From: Marinilactibacillus psychrotolerans
GTDB lineage: Bacteria; Bacillota; Bacilli; Lactobacillales; Carnobacteriaceae_A
Direction of reading: 5' to 3'
DNA length: 24,000 nt
Assembly (NCBI RefSeq): GCF_900101525.1
Contig: NZ_FMZD01000004.1
Location: 55,102 to 79,101 of the forward strand
Shown: piece after piece, positions 9,784 through 17,066 of the stretch
Layout of the letters: the number at the start of each line of letters is the position of its first letter
Numbering within the stretch: position 1 is the stretch's first letter
Notes under the pieces: generated by a model
Seen by the model: the letters and a program-made list of their open reading frames with translations, nothing else
The model's database searches: none
What the model was told of the DNA's origin: nothing
Translations under genes and position numbers: made by a program

Positions 9784-10188
9784 TCAGTTTGTGCGTTTGT
9801 TATGCCATTTCAGTACATTATAAACTTCCACATTTCGAATCAGATCGATATTCACCCTTTTAACTCGTCCATCTTTTAATTGTAATATAATCTTGTCCCC
9901 TAGATAGCCCATAACTAAGCAATGAACATCTGGGTAAAACTGTCCGTTTCTTAACACATTTGCTTGGATGGCAACGGGAGATTTTGTGAGATAAGCCTCG
10001 TAAAGGACTGTTGAAACCTCTTCTATTGTCATTTCTTCTTTAGCGGTGATGTCGCTTTTCTCATCTTCTGCTTTCATCATTTTCAATGCTTCAGAGTGAT
10101 CTGACAGCATCATTCCTTGCCATTTCTTTATTCCTCGATCTTTATACCCTAACTTATCTGGATTAAGTAGAATGACTTCTTCTGACAT
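9784..10188 (-). CDS. YolD-like protein (PF08863-type)
   Basis: The motif KDRGIKKWQGMMLSDHSEAL resembles the YolD-like signature. I prefer ATG 10188 (MSEEV..., RBS AAAGGGG) because the track's longer ORF (to 10242) runs into the promoter and LexA box. Confidence 0.7.
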   Translation of the reverse strand: MSEEVILLNPDKLGYKDRGIKKWQGMMLSDHSEALKMMKAEDEKSDITAKEEMTIEEVSTVLYEAYLTKSPVAIQANVLRNGQFYPDVHCLVMGYLGDKIILQLKDGRVKRVNIDLIRNVEVYNVLKWHNKRTN

Positions 10189-10229
10189 AGTGATTACCCC
10201 TTTATGCGAATGCATGTTTGTATAGTTTA

Positions 10230-10258
10230 ATAATAGGAACATTCGTTCGAATAGTCAA
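10230..10258 (-). promoter_or_regulatory. Sigma-A-type promoter TTGACT-N17-TATTAT with a LexA (Cheo/SOS) box in the spacer
   Basis: On the - strand the -35 TTGACT is at 10258-10253 and the -10 TATTAT at 10235-10230. The 17-nt spacer contains GGAACATTCGTTCG (10236-10249), which fits GAAC-N4-GTTC. Confidence 0.65.
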
Positions 10259-10439
10259 GTAGAATAATTTGAAATTCCTAACCCGTATCAAGAATGACTT
10301 AGAGGGCTCCTCGTTAGCGTCCTTAGCAATTTTTTTTGATGGGGTTTATTTTAGAAAAATAAGGGGAGCAATGATTGTTTTAAGCAGTTTCATCAACTAT
10401 ACTATGGGTAAACTGAGACTCAAGGAGGAGGAAATAAAA

Positions 10440-10877
10440 ATGAATAGAATCAATCTTATTGCCTTAGGCGTTCAAAATATGGAAAGAGCACTGACTTTTT
10501 ATAAAGGAATAGGGTTTAAATGTTATGAGGATTCTTCCAATCCACCTATCGTATTTTTTGATAATCAAGGGACGAAGTTAGAGTTGTTCCCTTTAAAAGA
10601 GCTGGCACAGGATATTAATGCGCAAACACCCCCGACTATCACACAACAAGGTTTTAATGGAATTACTTTTGCAATTAATACAAAAGAAAAAAGAGAAGTG
10701 GATGAACTGATGGCGTTAGTAAAAGAAAAGGGCGGTACGATAGCCAAAATACCCGAAACTGTATCGTGGGGTGGCTATAGTGGATATTTTCAAGACCCAG
10801 ATGGTTATTATTGGGAAGTGGCCTATGCAGATAGCTGGAAATTTGATGAGCATAATATGTTGGTGATTGAGCCGTGA
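10440..10877 (+). CDS. VOC/glyoxalase-bleomycin resistance family protein
   Basis: The C-terminal FQDPDGYYWEVA motif is typical of the VOC fold. ATG 10440 follows GGAGGAGG; the track's upstream extension from 10269 has no RBS. Confidence 0.8.
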   Translation: MNRINLIALGVQNMERALTFYKGIGFKCYEDSSNPPIVFFDNQGTKLELFPLKELAQDINAQTPPTITQQGFNGITFAINTKEKREVDELMALVKEKGGTIAKIPETVSWGGYSGYFQDPDGYYWEVAYADSWKFDEHNMLVIEP

Positions 10878-10911
10878 TATATAGAAAAGTTTAAAAAGAG
10901 GAGAAATAAGT

Positions 10912-11334
10912 ATGATAGAAATGAAAAGGGTAGGAATGGAAACACTAGATTCAATGGTCGAAAAAGTCTTTGCTGAACAAGATATAGATCATTTTGGAAG
11001 TATAGTGGAAACAAATAAAGAAAAAATAGCCATAGGAGCTTACTTAGACAAGAAGTTAGTCGGAGGAATCGTTGCGGATAAAGAGTACCAAACGATCCAT
11101 GTTTCCTTATTAGTGATTACTCAAGACGCTAGAGGATTATCAATAGGCAGTAAATTGTTGCAGGAAATTGAAACAATCGCAAAAGAAAAGGGCATCATTC
11201 ATATCACTCTTACAACGAGAAGTTATCAAGCAGTCGACTTTTATAAAAAGAATGGCTATACAGTTTTTGCAACCTTAGAAGATATGCCAATAGAAGGCGT
11301 AACAAAGTACTACTTTGATAAAAGACTAAAGTGA
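10912..11334 (+). CDS. GNAT-family N-acetyltransferase
   Basis: 140 aa with an acetyl-CoA-binding motif-A-like segment (ARGLSIGSKLLQEIE) and the tail AVDFYKKNGY. Confidence 0.85.
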   Translation: MIEMKRVGMETLDSMVEKVFAEQDIDHFGSIVETNKEKIAIGAYLDKKLVGGIVADKEYQTIHVSLLVITQDARGLSIGSKLLQEIETIAKEKGIIHITLTTRSYQAVDFYKKNGYTVFATLEDMPIEGVTKYYFDKRLK

Positions 11335-11478
11335 ATAAAGAGTTATCTTCTTAAATATGAATCTCTGTTAGTATTGTTTCTTTGGTCTTTTACTTACGCC
11401 TCTTCAAGTAAGTTTATACAGTAACGTCTTTAGGGTGAGAGTTATTTTGTTGCTTTTTTGTAGCTAAGGTTCTGTATT

Positions 11479-11961
11479 CTATTTTCCTTTTTCAATTTGA
11501 ATATTCGTTTCATTTTCAGTAGCACTTTGAGAAACTAATCTTGCTTGTTCTGCTTTTAATTTTTCTACTTCTTTTTTTAGCTGATTGATCTGCTCATCAA
11601 TATTTGCTAAAGTGACTACTTTGCTTTGTTCTTCCGGGGACATATTTTCTTGTTCTAATTGCTCTTTTTTATTTTGCAAAGCAGTACTATCGAATGTCAC
11701 CAAAATCTCTCCTTTTTTGACCTCTTGATTTTCTTCAAGATTATTTACTTTGATTTTTGTTTCTAGTGGCATATGTTGGTCTTCTGTTTTAGTTGCGGTT
11801 AGTTGAGCCGATGTCCGGATAAAAACTTCTTCTTTTGTAAAAGTCAAGAATAGACTAACCAAGAGAAAGAAAATAATTACAGAGTATAGCACCCACCGAT
11901 AGAATTTCTGATGTTGTTGACTATATATACCTGAGTGGTCAAGCCAGTCGTTCTTATGCAT
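11479..11961 (-). CDS. Bacteriocin ABC-transporter accessory protein (HlyD/ComB-like); N-terminal fragment only (160 aa)
   Basis: It has an N-terminal cytoplasmic stretch, one TM helix (WVLYSVIIFFLLVSLFLTF), the start of the lipoyl-like segment (EVKKGEILVTFDS) and the beginning of a coiled coil. It lies 18 nt downstream of the C39 ABC exporter gene. Typical family members are roughly three times longer. Confidence 0.7.
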   Translation of the reverse strand: MHKNDWLDHSGIYSQQHQKFYRWVLYSVIIFFLLVSLFLTFTKEEVFIRTSAQLTATKTEDQHMPLETKIKVNNLEENQEVKKGEILVTFDSTALQNKKEQLEQENMSPEEQSKVVTLANIDEQINQLKKEVEKLKAEQARLVSQSATENETNIQIEKGK

Positions 11962-11979
11962 TGTTTTGCCTTCCTTATC

Positions 11980-14133
11980 TTAAATTTCCCATAATTGTTG
12001 GTAGAGGCCCTCATTGTAACGCAAATCATCATGGGTACCTTGCTCCACCAATTTTCCTTCGTTAAGTACTAAAATTTGATTACAGACTTTGGCTATAGGT
12101 AAATGATGAGCAATAAAAATCAAGGTTTTCATTTCTAAATTTATCAGGTAGTCTAAAATTGTATGCTCTAAGAACCTATCCAGTCCACTGGTCGCCTCAT
12201 CTAATATTAGGACATCAGCGTCTTTCAATAAGGCACGAGCAATAGCCAATCTTTGCCGTTGACCACCAGAAAGATTGGTTCCGCCCTCTTCTATTATTGT
12301 GTCGTAACGTAAGGGTTGCTGGTTAATAAATGCGCTCAATTGAACTGCATCGCAAACTTCAACTATTCGTTCAAAGCTAGGTGAGATATCTAAGCTAAAG
12401 GTTAAATTCTCAATGATAGATCCACTAAAAAAGAATGATTCCTGGGGAATATAAGTTACTCGGTCGCGTAATTGATGAAAAGGAATGTCTAAATGGTTGA
12501 TATGACCATAACGAATAGTTCCTTCAGACGGGGAGTAAAAATTTACTAGTAATTTTGCTAAGGTAGATTTTCCCGAACCACTAACGCCAACAAAGGCAAC
12601 CTTACTAAATGGTGGAATAGTACAAGATAGATTACTCAAAGTTGGAGGATTCATTTTGTAAGAAAATGAAACATCTTCTAAGCTAATTCCCTGTTGAAAT
12701 GTTTGATCTGTAACAACACGATTAGGGTGTTGGTTAACTGACTCCGTTTCAATAGCAAGAATTTCATTTAAACGTTTGTTGGCAACTTGTGCTGTCTGCA
12801 TTTTTACCTGTAAATTAATGATATTTTGTAAAGGATCAGTAAAAAAAACAAGCAGCGCATTATAAGTAATAAGTTGACCTAAGCTAATCGTACCATCCAT
12901 GACGTAATAAGAACCTACCCATAAAATTAGTGCGCTACTGATTAACTGAATAGCGTGTTTGATGCCTTGTTGGATATTGTCTAAGGTTGACGTACGAAAA
13001 GACTTTTTCATCAATTTAACAAATTCTCGATCGACTAGATCATAGACTTTTTCTTCACCATTGTATGCCTTAATGGTTTCAATCCCCTTAAGGCTTTCAA
13101 TAATACTAGAATTTAAAGTTGCACCAGCAATCATTTCTTCTTGATTCGCTTTTTCATGGTTTTTGACAAAAGCTAAAATAGCAACTAAATAAAAAGGTAA
13201 CGAGGCTAAAGTGATCAAAAATAAGGTAACATTTTGAAAGGCTAAGGTAATCCCTACAATTACGACCATACCAATGTCTAAAAAAACAGACAAGGTGGCA
13301 CTTGCTAAAGCATCAATAATTTTATTAGCGTCAAGAAAACGAGAAATGATTTCTCCCGATTTACGAGTAGCAAAAAAATTCATTGGCAAAGAAAGTACGT
13401 GCTTAAAATATTGAAGCATTATCGTCATACTCATACGTTGGCCCAATATAACTAAGATATAATTTCGGCTATATTCAAATATGATACGAAAGAAGTAGAT
13501 AACAATTAATCCCACAGAGACAACGTTTAAAGCAGAACGGGCTTGGTTAGGAATAAAAAAATCGAGAATTCCTTGAAAATAGAAAGAACTTCCTATGCCA
13601 AAAGAAGTAATAAAAATTGATGCTAAAATAATATTAAAAACAAGCCCTTTTTGATGCCAAATAACTGGTAAAAAAGAATTTATGCTCGCAACTTTTTCTT
13701 TACTAGGAAAGTAAGTTTCTTTGGGAGTAGGCAATAATAAAATACCTGTCCATTCTTTAGCAAATTCTTCAATCGTTATTTTTACTTTCCCTATAGCTGG
13801 GTCATCAATTAATAAGGTCTTTCCTTTTATTCCATAAACAACTACATAATGCATATAGCTATTTTCAATTACAATATGTGCAATTAAAGGTAGTGGTAAC
13901 TCTTTTTCTCCCCACACATCATTATCCGCTTGAACAGCGGGGCAATCAAAAGATAAATGTTCAAATGTTTTCTTTAATCCAAAAGCTGTGGTTCCTTCTA
14001 AATCAGTTCCTGAAAAATCACGTAATTTGTGAATGGAAATTTCTGTCTTGTAATGTTTTAAAATCATGGATATACAAGAAACACCACAATCTTTTTCGTC
14101 TTGTTGCTGAATATGAGTAAAAAGTTTCATCAA
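11980..14133 (-). CDS. Bacteriocin-processing ABC exporter with an N-terminal C39 double-glycine peptidase domain
   Basis: C39 catalytic Cys context QQDEKDCGVSCISMILKHY, six-TM domain, Walker A GVSGSGKST, signature LSGGQRQRL, Walker B LILDEATSGLD. The start is TTG 14133 or ATG 14130. Confidence 0.95.
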   Translation of the reverse strand: MMKLFTHIQQQDEKDCGVSCISMILKHYKTEISIHKLRDFSGTDLEGTTAFGLKKTFEHLSFDCPAVQADNDVWGEKELPLPLIAHIVIENSYMHYVVVYGIKGKTLLIDDPAIGKVKITIEEFAKEWTGILLLPTPKETYFPSKEKVASINSFLPVIWHQKGLVFNIILASIFITSFGIGSSFYFQGILDFFIPNQARSALNVVSVGLIVIYFFRIIFEYSRNYILVILGQRMSMTIMLQYFKHVLSLPMNFFATRKSGEIISRFLDANKIIDALASATLSVFLDIGMVVIVGITLAFQNVTLFLITLASLPFYLVAILAFVKNHEKANQEEMIAGATLNSSIIESLKGIETIKAYNGEEKVYDLVDREFVKLMKKSFRTSTLDNIQQGIKHAIQLISSALILWVGSYYVMDGTISLGQLITYNALLVFFTDPLQNIINLQVKMQTAQVANKRLNEILAIETESVNQHPNRVVTDQTFQQGISLEDVSFSYKMNPPTLSNLSCTIPPFSKVAFVGVSGSGKSTLAKLLVNFYSPSEGTIRYGHINHLDIPFHQLRDRVTYIPQESFFFSGSIIENLTFSLDISPSFERIVEVCDAVQLSAFINQQPLRYDTIIEEGGTNLSGGQRQRLAIARALLKDADVLILDEATSGLDRFLEHTILDYLINLEMKTLIFIAHHLPIAKVCNQILVLNEGKLVEQGTHDDLRYNEGLYQQLWEI

Positions 14134-14166
14134 TGTACAGTGGTCCTTTCAAAATTAAGTTAATAT

Positions 14167-14907
14167 TTATTTCAATTTTTCTTTAATTAGTTTTGCTTTC
14201 CCTAATGCAAAGTTTCTTACTAAGTCAGATTCAAAATAAACAGCACGTTTTTTAAAATTAATTTCTTTTGCATTAATTAAATTCACTAAACAAGATCGAT
14301 TAATCTTGAATAAAGTAGGGTATTTTTTTTCTAATTCAACTAACTTTCCATAAAATTCATATTGACCATTTTTAGTATATAGAGATAATCTATGGGGAAG
14401 CTTAGAAGATTCTAAAAAATAAATATCTTGTAAATCAAGAGTAAATGTTTGAGACCCGATAGAAAATATAAATGCTTGGTTTAAACTAATTTTTGCTTCA
14501 TCAATTCTTTTCTGAGCAAGGAGTAGTAAATCTACAATTTCTGACCGATAGTTATCCAAAGGTTGATCTTTTATCACAAAACCTAATGTTTCCACACGTC
14601 TTTTAATAGTTAAAGGGATCATTTCATCATGTGTTGTAATGAAAATGATTTTTGCTTGGACATCTTGCGCACGTATTTTTTCCGCTAGATCAATTCCGGT
14701 TATAGTGTGGTTTAAATCAATATCTAAAAAGTAAATTCCCTGCTTAGGTTTAAACTTTTTTAAGTAATTTTCTACTTCGTCTGGGCTTTGTGTTTTTAAA
14801 CTGATTTGGAAAAGATCACTATGAAAAAGTGTGAAATTTTGAATGATTGTTTCAATCTGTTGTAGTTGAATAAGTTGATCTTCACAAATAATAATAGGAT
14901 AAGTCAT
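14167..14907 (-). CDS. LytTR-family (AgrA/ComE-like) response regulator
   Basis: N-terminal receiver domain (ICEDQ..., phospho-Asp context YFLDIDL) and a C-terminal LytTR DNA-binding domain (...INRSCLVNL...). Confidence 0.9.
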   Translation of the reverse strand: MTYPIIICEDQLIQLQQIETIIQNFTLFHSDLFQISLKTQSPDEVENYLKKFKPKQGIYFLDIDLNHTITGIDLAEKIRAQDVQAKIIFITTHDEMIPLTIKRRVETLGFVIKDQPLDNYRSEIVDLLLLAQKRIDEAKISLNQAFIFSIGSQTFTLDLQDIYFLESSKLPHRLSLYTKNGQYEFYGKLVELEKKYPTLFKINRSCLVNLINAKEINFKKRAVYFESDLVRNFALGKAKLIKEKLK

Positions 14908-14920
14908 AATAGTTCCTTTC

Positions 14921-16210
14921 TTACCACATCAGGATAATACTAGTGATGAATGTAGAGTTTTTCATTTTGTATTGAATAAACATATTTTGAGTTTTTTCAT
15001 TTATTTCTTGAATCGTGTTCATTCCTAATCCTTTATGATCCGCTTTTGTTGAAACACCCTTTTCCATCAACTTTCTGATAGAAAGGTTAGTTCCTTTATA
15101 GCTATTTTCAAGAAGAAATTCAAGCTGTGAGTCATCTTGATAAATCATAAGAGATAATTTCCGTTCTTCGCTTTCTTTAGAGGCTTCTATTGCATTATCA
15201 AGAACAATACCCAATATTCTTACACAATCAAAAATCGGAATAGGGACTAGTTCAATAGTTTGGTTACATTCTAATTGAATATCTAACTGATTTTCATTTG
15301 CTTGATAAATTTTCGAAATAAAAAGACTTTTTAAATATGAATTTTTTATATTCTTTAATTGTTGACTGCTACTTGATATATCCTTTACAAAATAATGATT
15401 AGAATACTTATCTAATTCATGGACTTGTTTCGAAAAATCTATGTCTTTTTTTAAGTAAGAGATTTCTTTTAAACTGAGTAATAAATTTTTGTAATCATGT
15501 TTAAACTTATTTAGTTTTTCTTGACTTTGTTCTAACTGATCAGTGTATCTCTTTAAATAAATAAGTTCTTGTTCTTTCAACCGTTGCTCATATGTTTCTT
15601 TTTGCTTCTTAGTTGTTCGAACACCTAAAATAAAAATAAATATGGTCTGCACGACAAGGAAAACTAAAATTCCTAAAATGAATTGATCAAATACTTTATA
15701 TTGATGCGCAGTATATGATATGAAGAAAGAAATTCCCCATAGGTAAATCATGCACATAAAAGTTGTAATAGAACTATAGCTTTTAATGATTTTCTGAATA
15801 CTTACCTTTTTGTATAACAAAACAAATATAGTTAGCAAGAAACATTCAAAAATTATTTGTATAATTACATAGTCATAATCATTAACTCCTTGGAAAAATC
15901 TGGGTATCATCAATAATGAGCTAATGATTGATATACTATAACTTACGAGTAAACTTAGCATGAGCTTATTTAAAAGGACAATTTTCTTGTTCCCGTTCTC
16001 TCTCAAGAAAAAATAACTACTAATTATCGGTATCAAATCAGAAAAATCGGTAAATAATTCGATAAAAAAGGTAATTGGAATAAGCACAATTACCTTTGAA
16101 TATTTACTAATTGTAGCTTCATCTTTAGTAACAAAGAATATTAAGAAGTAAAAAATAAAAATATTTATTAACATACGTAGTAAGTAAGCCTTTGTATCAA
16201 TGATAATCAA
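14921..16210 (-). CDS. Peptide-pheromone sensor histidine kinase (HPK10, AgrC/ComD-like)
   Basis: Polytopic N-terminal half with multiple TM helices. H-box FKHDYKNLL, N-box LGIVLDNAIEA and G-box region HKGLGMN. TTG start at 16210 follows GGGAGG. Confidence 0.85.
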   Translation of the reverse strand: MIIIDTKAYLLRMLINIFIFYFLIFFVTKDEATISKYSKVIVLIPITFFIELFTDFSDLIPIISSYFFLRENGNKKIVLLNKLMLSLLVSYSISIISSLLMIPRFFQGVNDYDYVIIQIIFECFLLTIFVLLYKKVSIQKIIKSYSSITTFMCMIYLWGISFFISYTAHQYKVFDQFILGILVFLVVQTIFIFILGVRTTKKQKETYEQRLKEQELIYLKRYTDQLEQSQEKLNKFKHDYKNLLLSLKEISYLKKDIDFSKQVHELDKYSNHYFVKDISSSSQQLKNIKNSYLKSLFISKIYQANENQLDIQLECNQTIELVPIPIFDCVRILGIVLDNAIEASKESEERKLSLMIYQDDSQLEFLLENSYKGTNLSIRKLMEKGVSTKADHKGLGMNTIQEINEKTQNMFIQYKMKNSTFITSIILMW

Positions 16211-16252
16211 GAAAATACCTCCCTGATTAAATTATACGAAAGTTAAAGATTA

Positions 16253-16396
16253 TTAGCAGTTTTTGAAAAAAGAAAAGACACATTGTGCTAAATTAGATGA
16301 GGGGGCCCCTTTAGTTACTGATTTATTACCGCCTCGTATTTGTTTTAATTTTTTTTCAGAACACTCTTCAATTTTTAAGTCTTTTTTATCGTTCAC
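16253..16396 (-). CDS. Induction peptide (bacteriocin-like pheromone) precursor, 47 aa, with a double-glycine leader
   Basis: Absent from the ORF track (<60 aa). My manual translation is (M)NDKKDLKIEECSEKKLKQIRGG / NKSVTKGAPSSNLAQCVFSFFKNC. GTG start at 16396-16394 lies 7 nt after a GGAGGG RBS (16409-16404, - strand). The stop is 42 nt upstream of the kinase gene, the canonical IP-HK-RR order. Confidence 0.8.
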   Translation of the reverse strand: MNDKKDLKIEECSEKKLKQIRGGNKSVTKGAPSSNLAQCVFSFFKNC

Positions 16397-16460
16397 TTTT
16401 ATTCCCTCCAATTTTTTTACAGAGATAGTATGCCATACATTTAGTTATAAAACGAAAAAC

Positions 16461-16491
16461 TTTCCTGAAACGCTAGTAAATTATTCCTGAA
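16461..16491 (-). promoter_or_regulatory. Pair of LytTR-type direct repeats (TTCAGGAAT / TTCAGGAAA, 22-bp phasing) for the IP-HK-RR-ABC operon promoter
   Basis: On the + strand these read ATTCCTGAA (16483-16491) and TTTCCTGAA (16461-16469). A candidate -10 (CATACT/TACTAT, - strand, 16425-16432) lies about 28-30 nt beyond the proximal repeat. Confidence 0.6.
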
Positions 16492-16516
16492 CAATATAAC
16501 CGATAGAAAGTATAGG

Positions 16517-16547
16517 TTAAGGAAGAGTATCGTTGTAGTTCAGGAAT
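16517..16547 (+). promoter_or_regulatory. Pair of LytTR-type direct repeats (TTAAGGAAG / TTCAGGAAT, 22-bp phasing) for the bacteriocin gene promoter
   Basis: Repeats lie at 16517-16525 and 16539-16547. A candidate extended -10 TGgTACAGT (16573-16581) is 28 nt after the proximal repeat; an alternative -10 is TATTAT at 16587-16592. Confidence 0.6.
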
Positions 16548-16623
16548 AAACATTCCACGAATAAAAAAATTGTGGTACAGTCAGCGTATTATCAAAATAT
16601 TTTATGAAGGAGCGTGTGATTAC

Positions 16624-16809
16624 ATGCAAAAGGTTAAAGAACTTAGCGTTAAAGAAATGCAACAAACTAAAGGAGGGAAATATTATGGAAATGGTGTTTC
16701 TTGTAATAAAAAAGGATGCACTGTAGATTGGGGAAAAGCTATTGGAATTATCGGAAATAATGCAGCAGCAAATTGGGCTACAGGCGGAGCCGCTGGTTGG
16801 AATAAATGA
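16624..16809 (+). CDS. Class IIa (pediocin-like) prebacteriocin: 18-aa double-glycine leader plus 43-aa mature peptide
   Basis: [18 protein letters not shown] / [43 protein letters not shown]. It has the YGNGV pediocin box, the Cys9/Cys14 disulfide pair and a GG cleavage site. AAGGAG RBS at 16607-16612. The track's 16570 start is an upstream extension. Confidence 0.95.
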   Translation: MQKVKELSVKEMQQTKGGKYYGNGVSCNKKGCTVDWGKAIGIIGNNAAANWATGGAAGWNK

Positions 16810-16850
16810 TAACTAAAGATACTCATTTTTATATTGTAAAAAAATAAAGA

Positions 16851-16891
16851 AAATACCCATCCATGGTATTACATAACATAGATGGGTATTT
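16851..16891 (+). terminator. Hairpin between the bacteriocin and immunity genes (11-bp stem, 19-nt loop), a possible attenuating terminator
   Basis: AAATACCCATC (16851-16861) pairs with GATGGGTATTT (16881-16891); only a short T-rich tail follows. Confidence 0.45.
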
Positions 16892-17066
16892 ATACTTGCA
16901 CGGGTCTTTTTAGGCAAAGTTTGATATCGAACATGGGTTATAGTTATATTTTATAGTTTCAACAATTATGTTCTACTAGTCAAGCTAAGGCATTTTCAAC
17001 GGCATGTAAAGAAATATACAATATCAATCAAAATTAAAAGTATATTGAATTTAGGAAGGATATTTT

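Noticed and set aside
10189-10242. Upstream extension of the YolD-like ORF (MFLLLNYTNMHSHKGVIT)
   Set aside because: It would place the start codon inside the LexA box and -10 element. The internal ATG 10188 has its own RBS.
10269-10439. Upstream 57-codon extension of the VOC/glyoxalase ORF
   Set aside because: It has a non-ATG start without an RBS and lies in the divergent promoter region. ATG 10440 is preceded by GGAGGAGG and gives a normal-length (145 aa) VOC protein.
10823-11014. 63-aa - strand ORF spanning the VOC/GNAT junction, and the 7278-7466 + strand ORF upstream of the ABC ATPase
   Set aside because: Both overlap better-supported genes or promoter regions on the other strand, and both lack an RBS and motifs.
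16263-16490. 75-aa + strand ORF in the track (MKKEKTHCAKLDEG...)
   Set aside because: It has no RBS and lies antisense to the induction-peptide gene, running through the divergent promoter and repeat region. The reverse frame gives a textbook double-glycine pheromone precursor with a strong RBS, so this is a shadow ORF.
16570-16623. N-terminal extension of the bacteriocin ORF ([18 protein letters not shown]...)
   Set aside because: The extension starts at a non-ATG codon, has no RBS and overlaps the predicted promoter and 5' UTR. The internal ATG at 16624 has an AAGGAG RBS and yields a canonical 18-aa double-glycine leader.
17046-17058. TTTAGGAAGG upstream of the immunity gene, which resembles the TTAAGGAAG LytTR box
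   Set aside because: It sits at Shine-Dalgarno distance from ATG 17067 and has no partner repeat 21-22 bp upstream, so I interpret it as the RBS rather than a regulator site.
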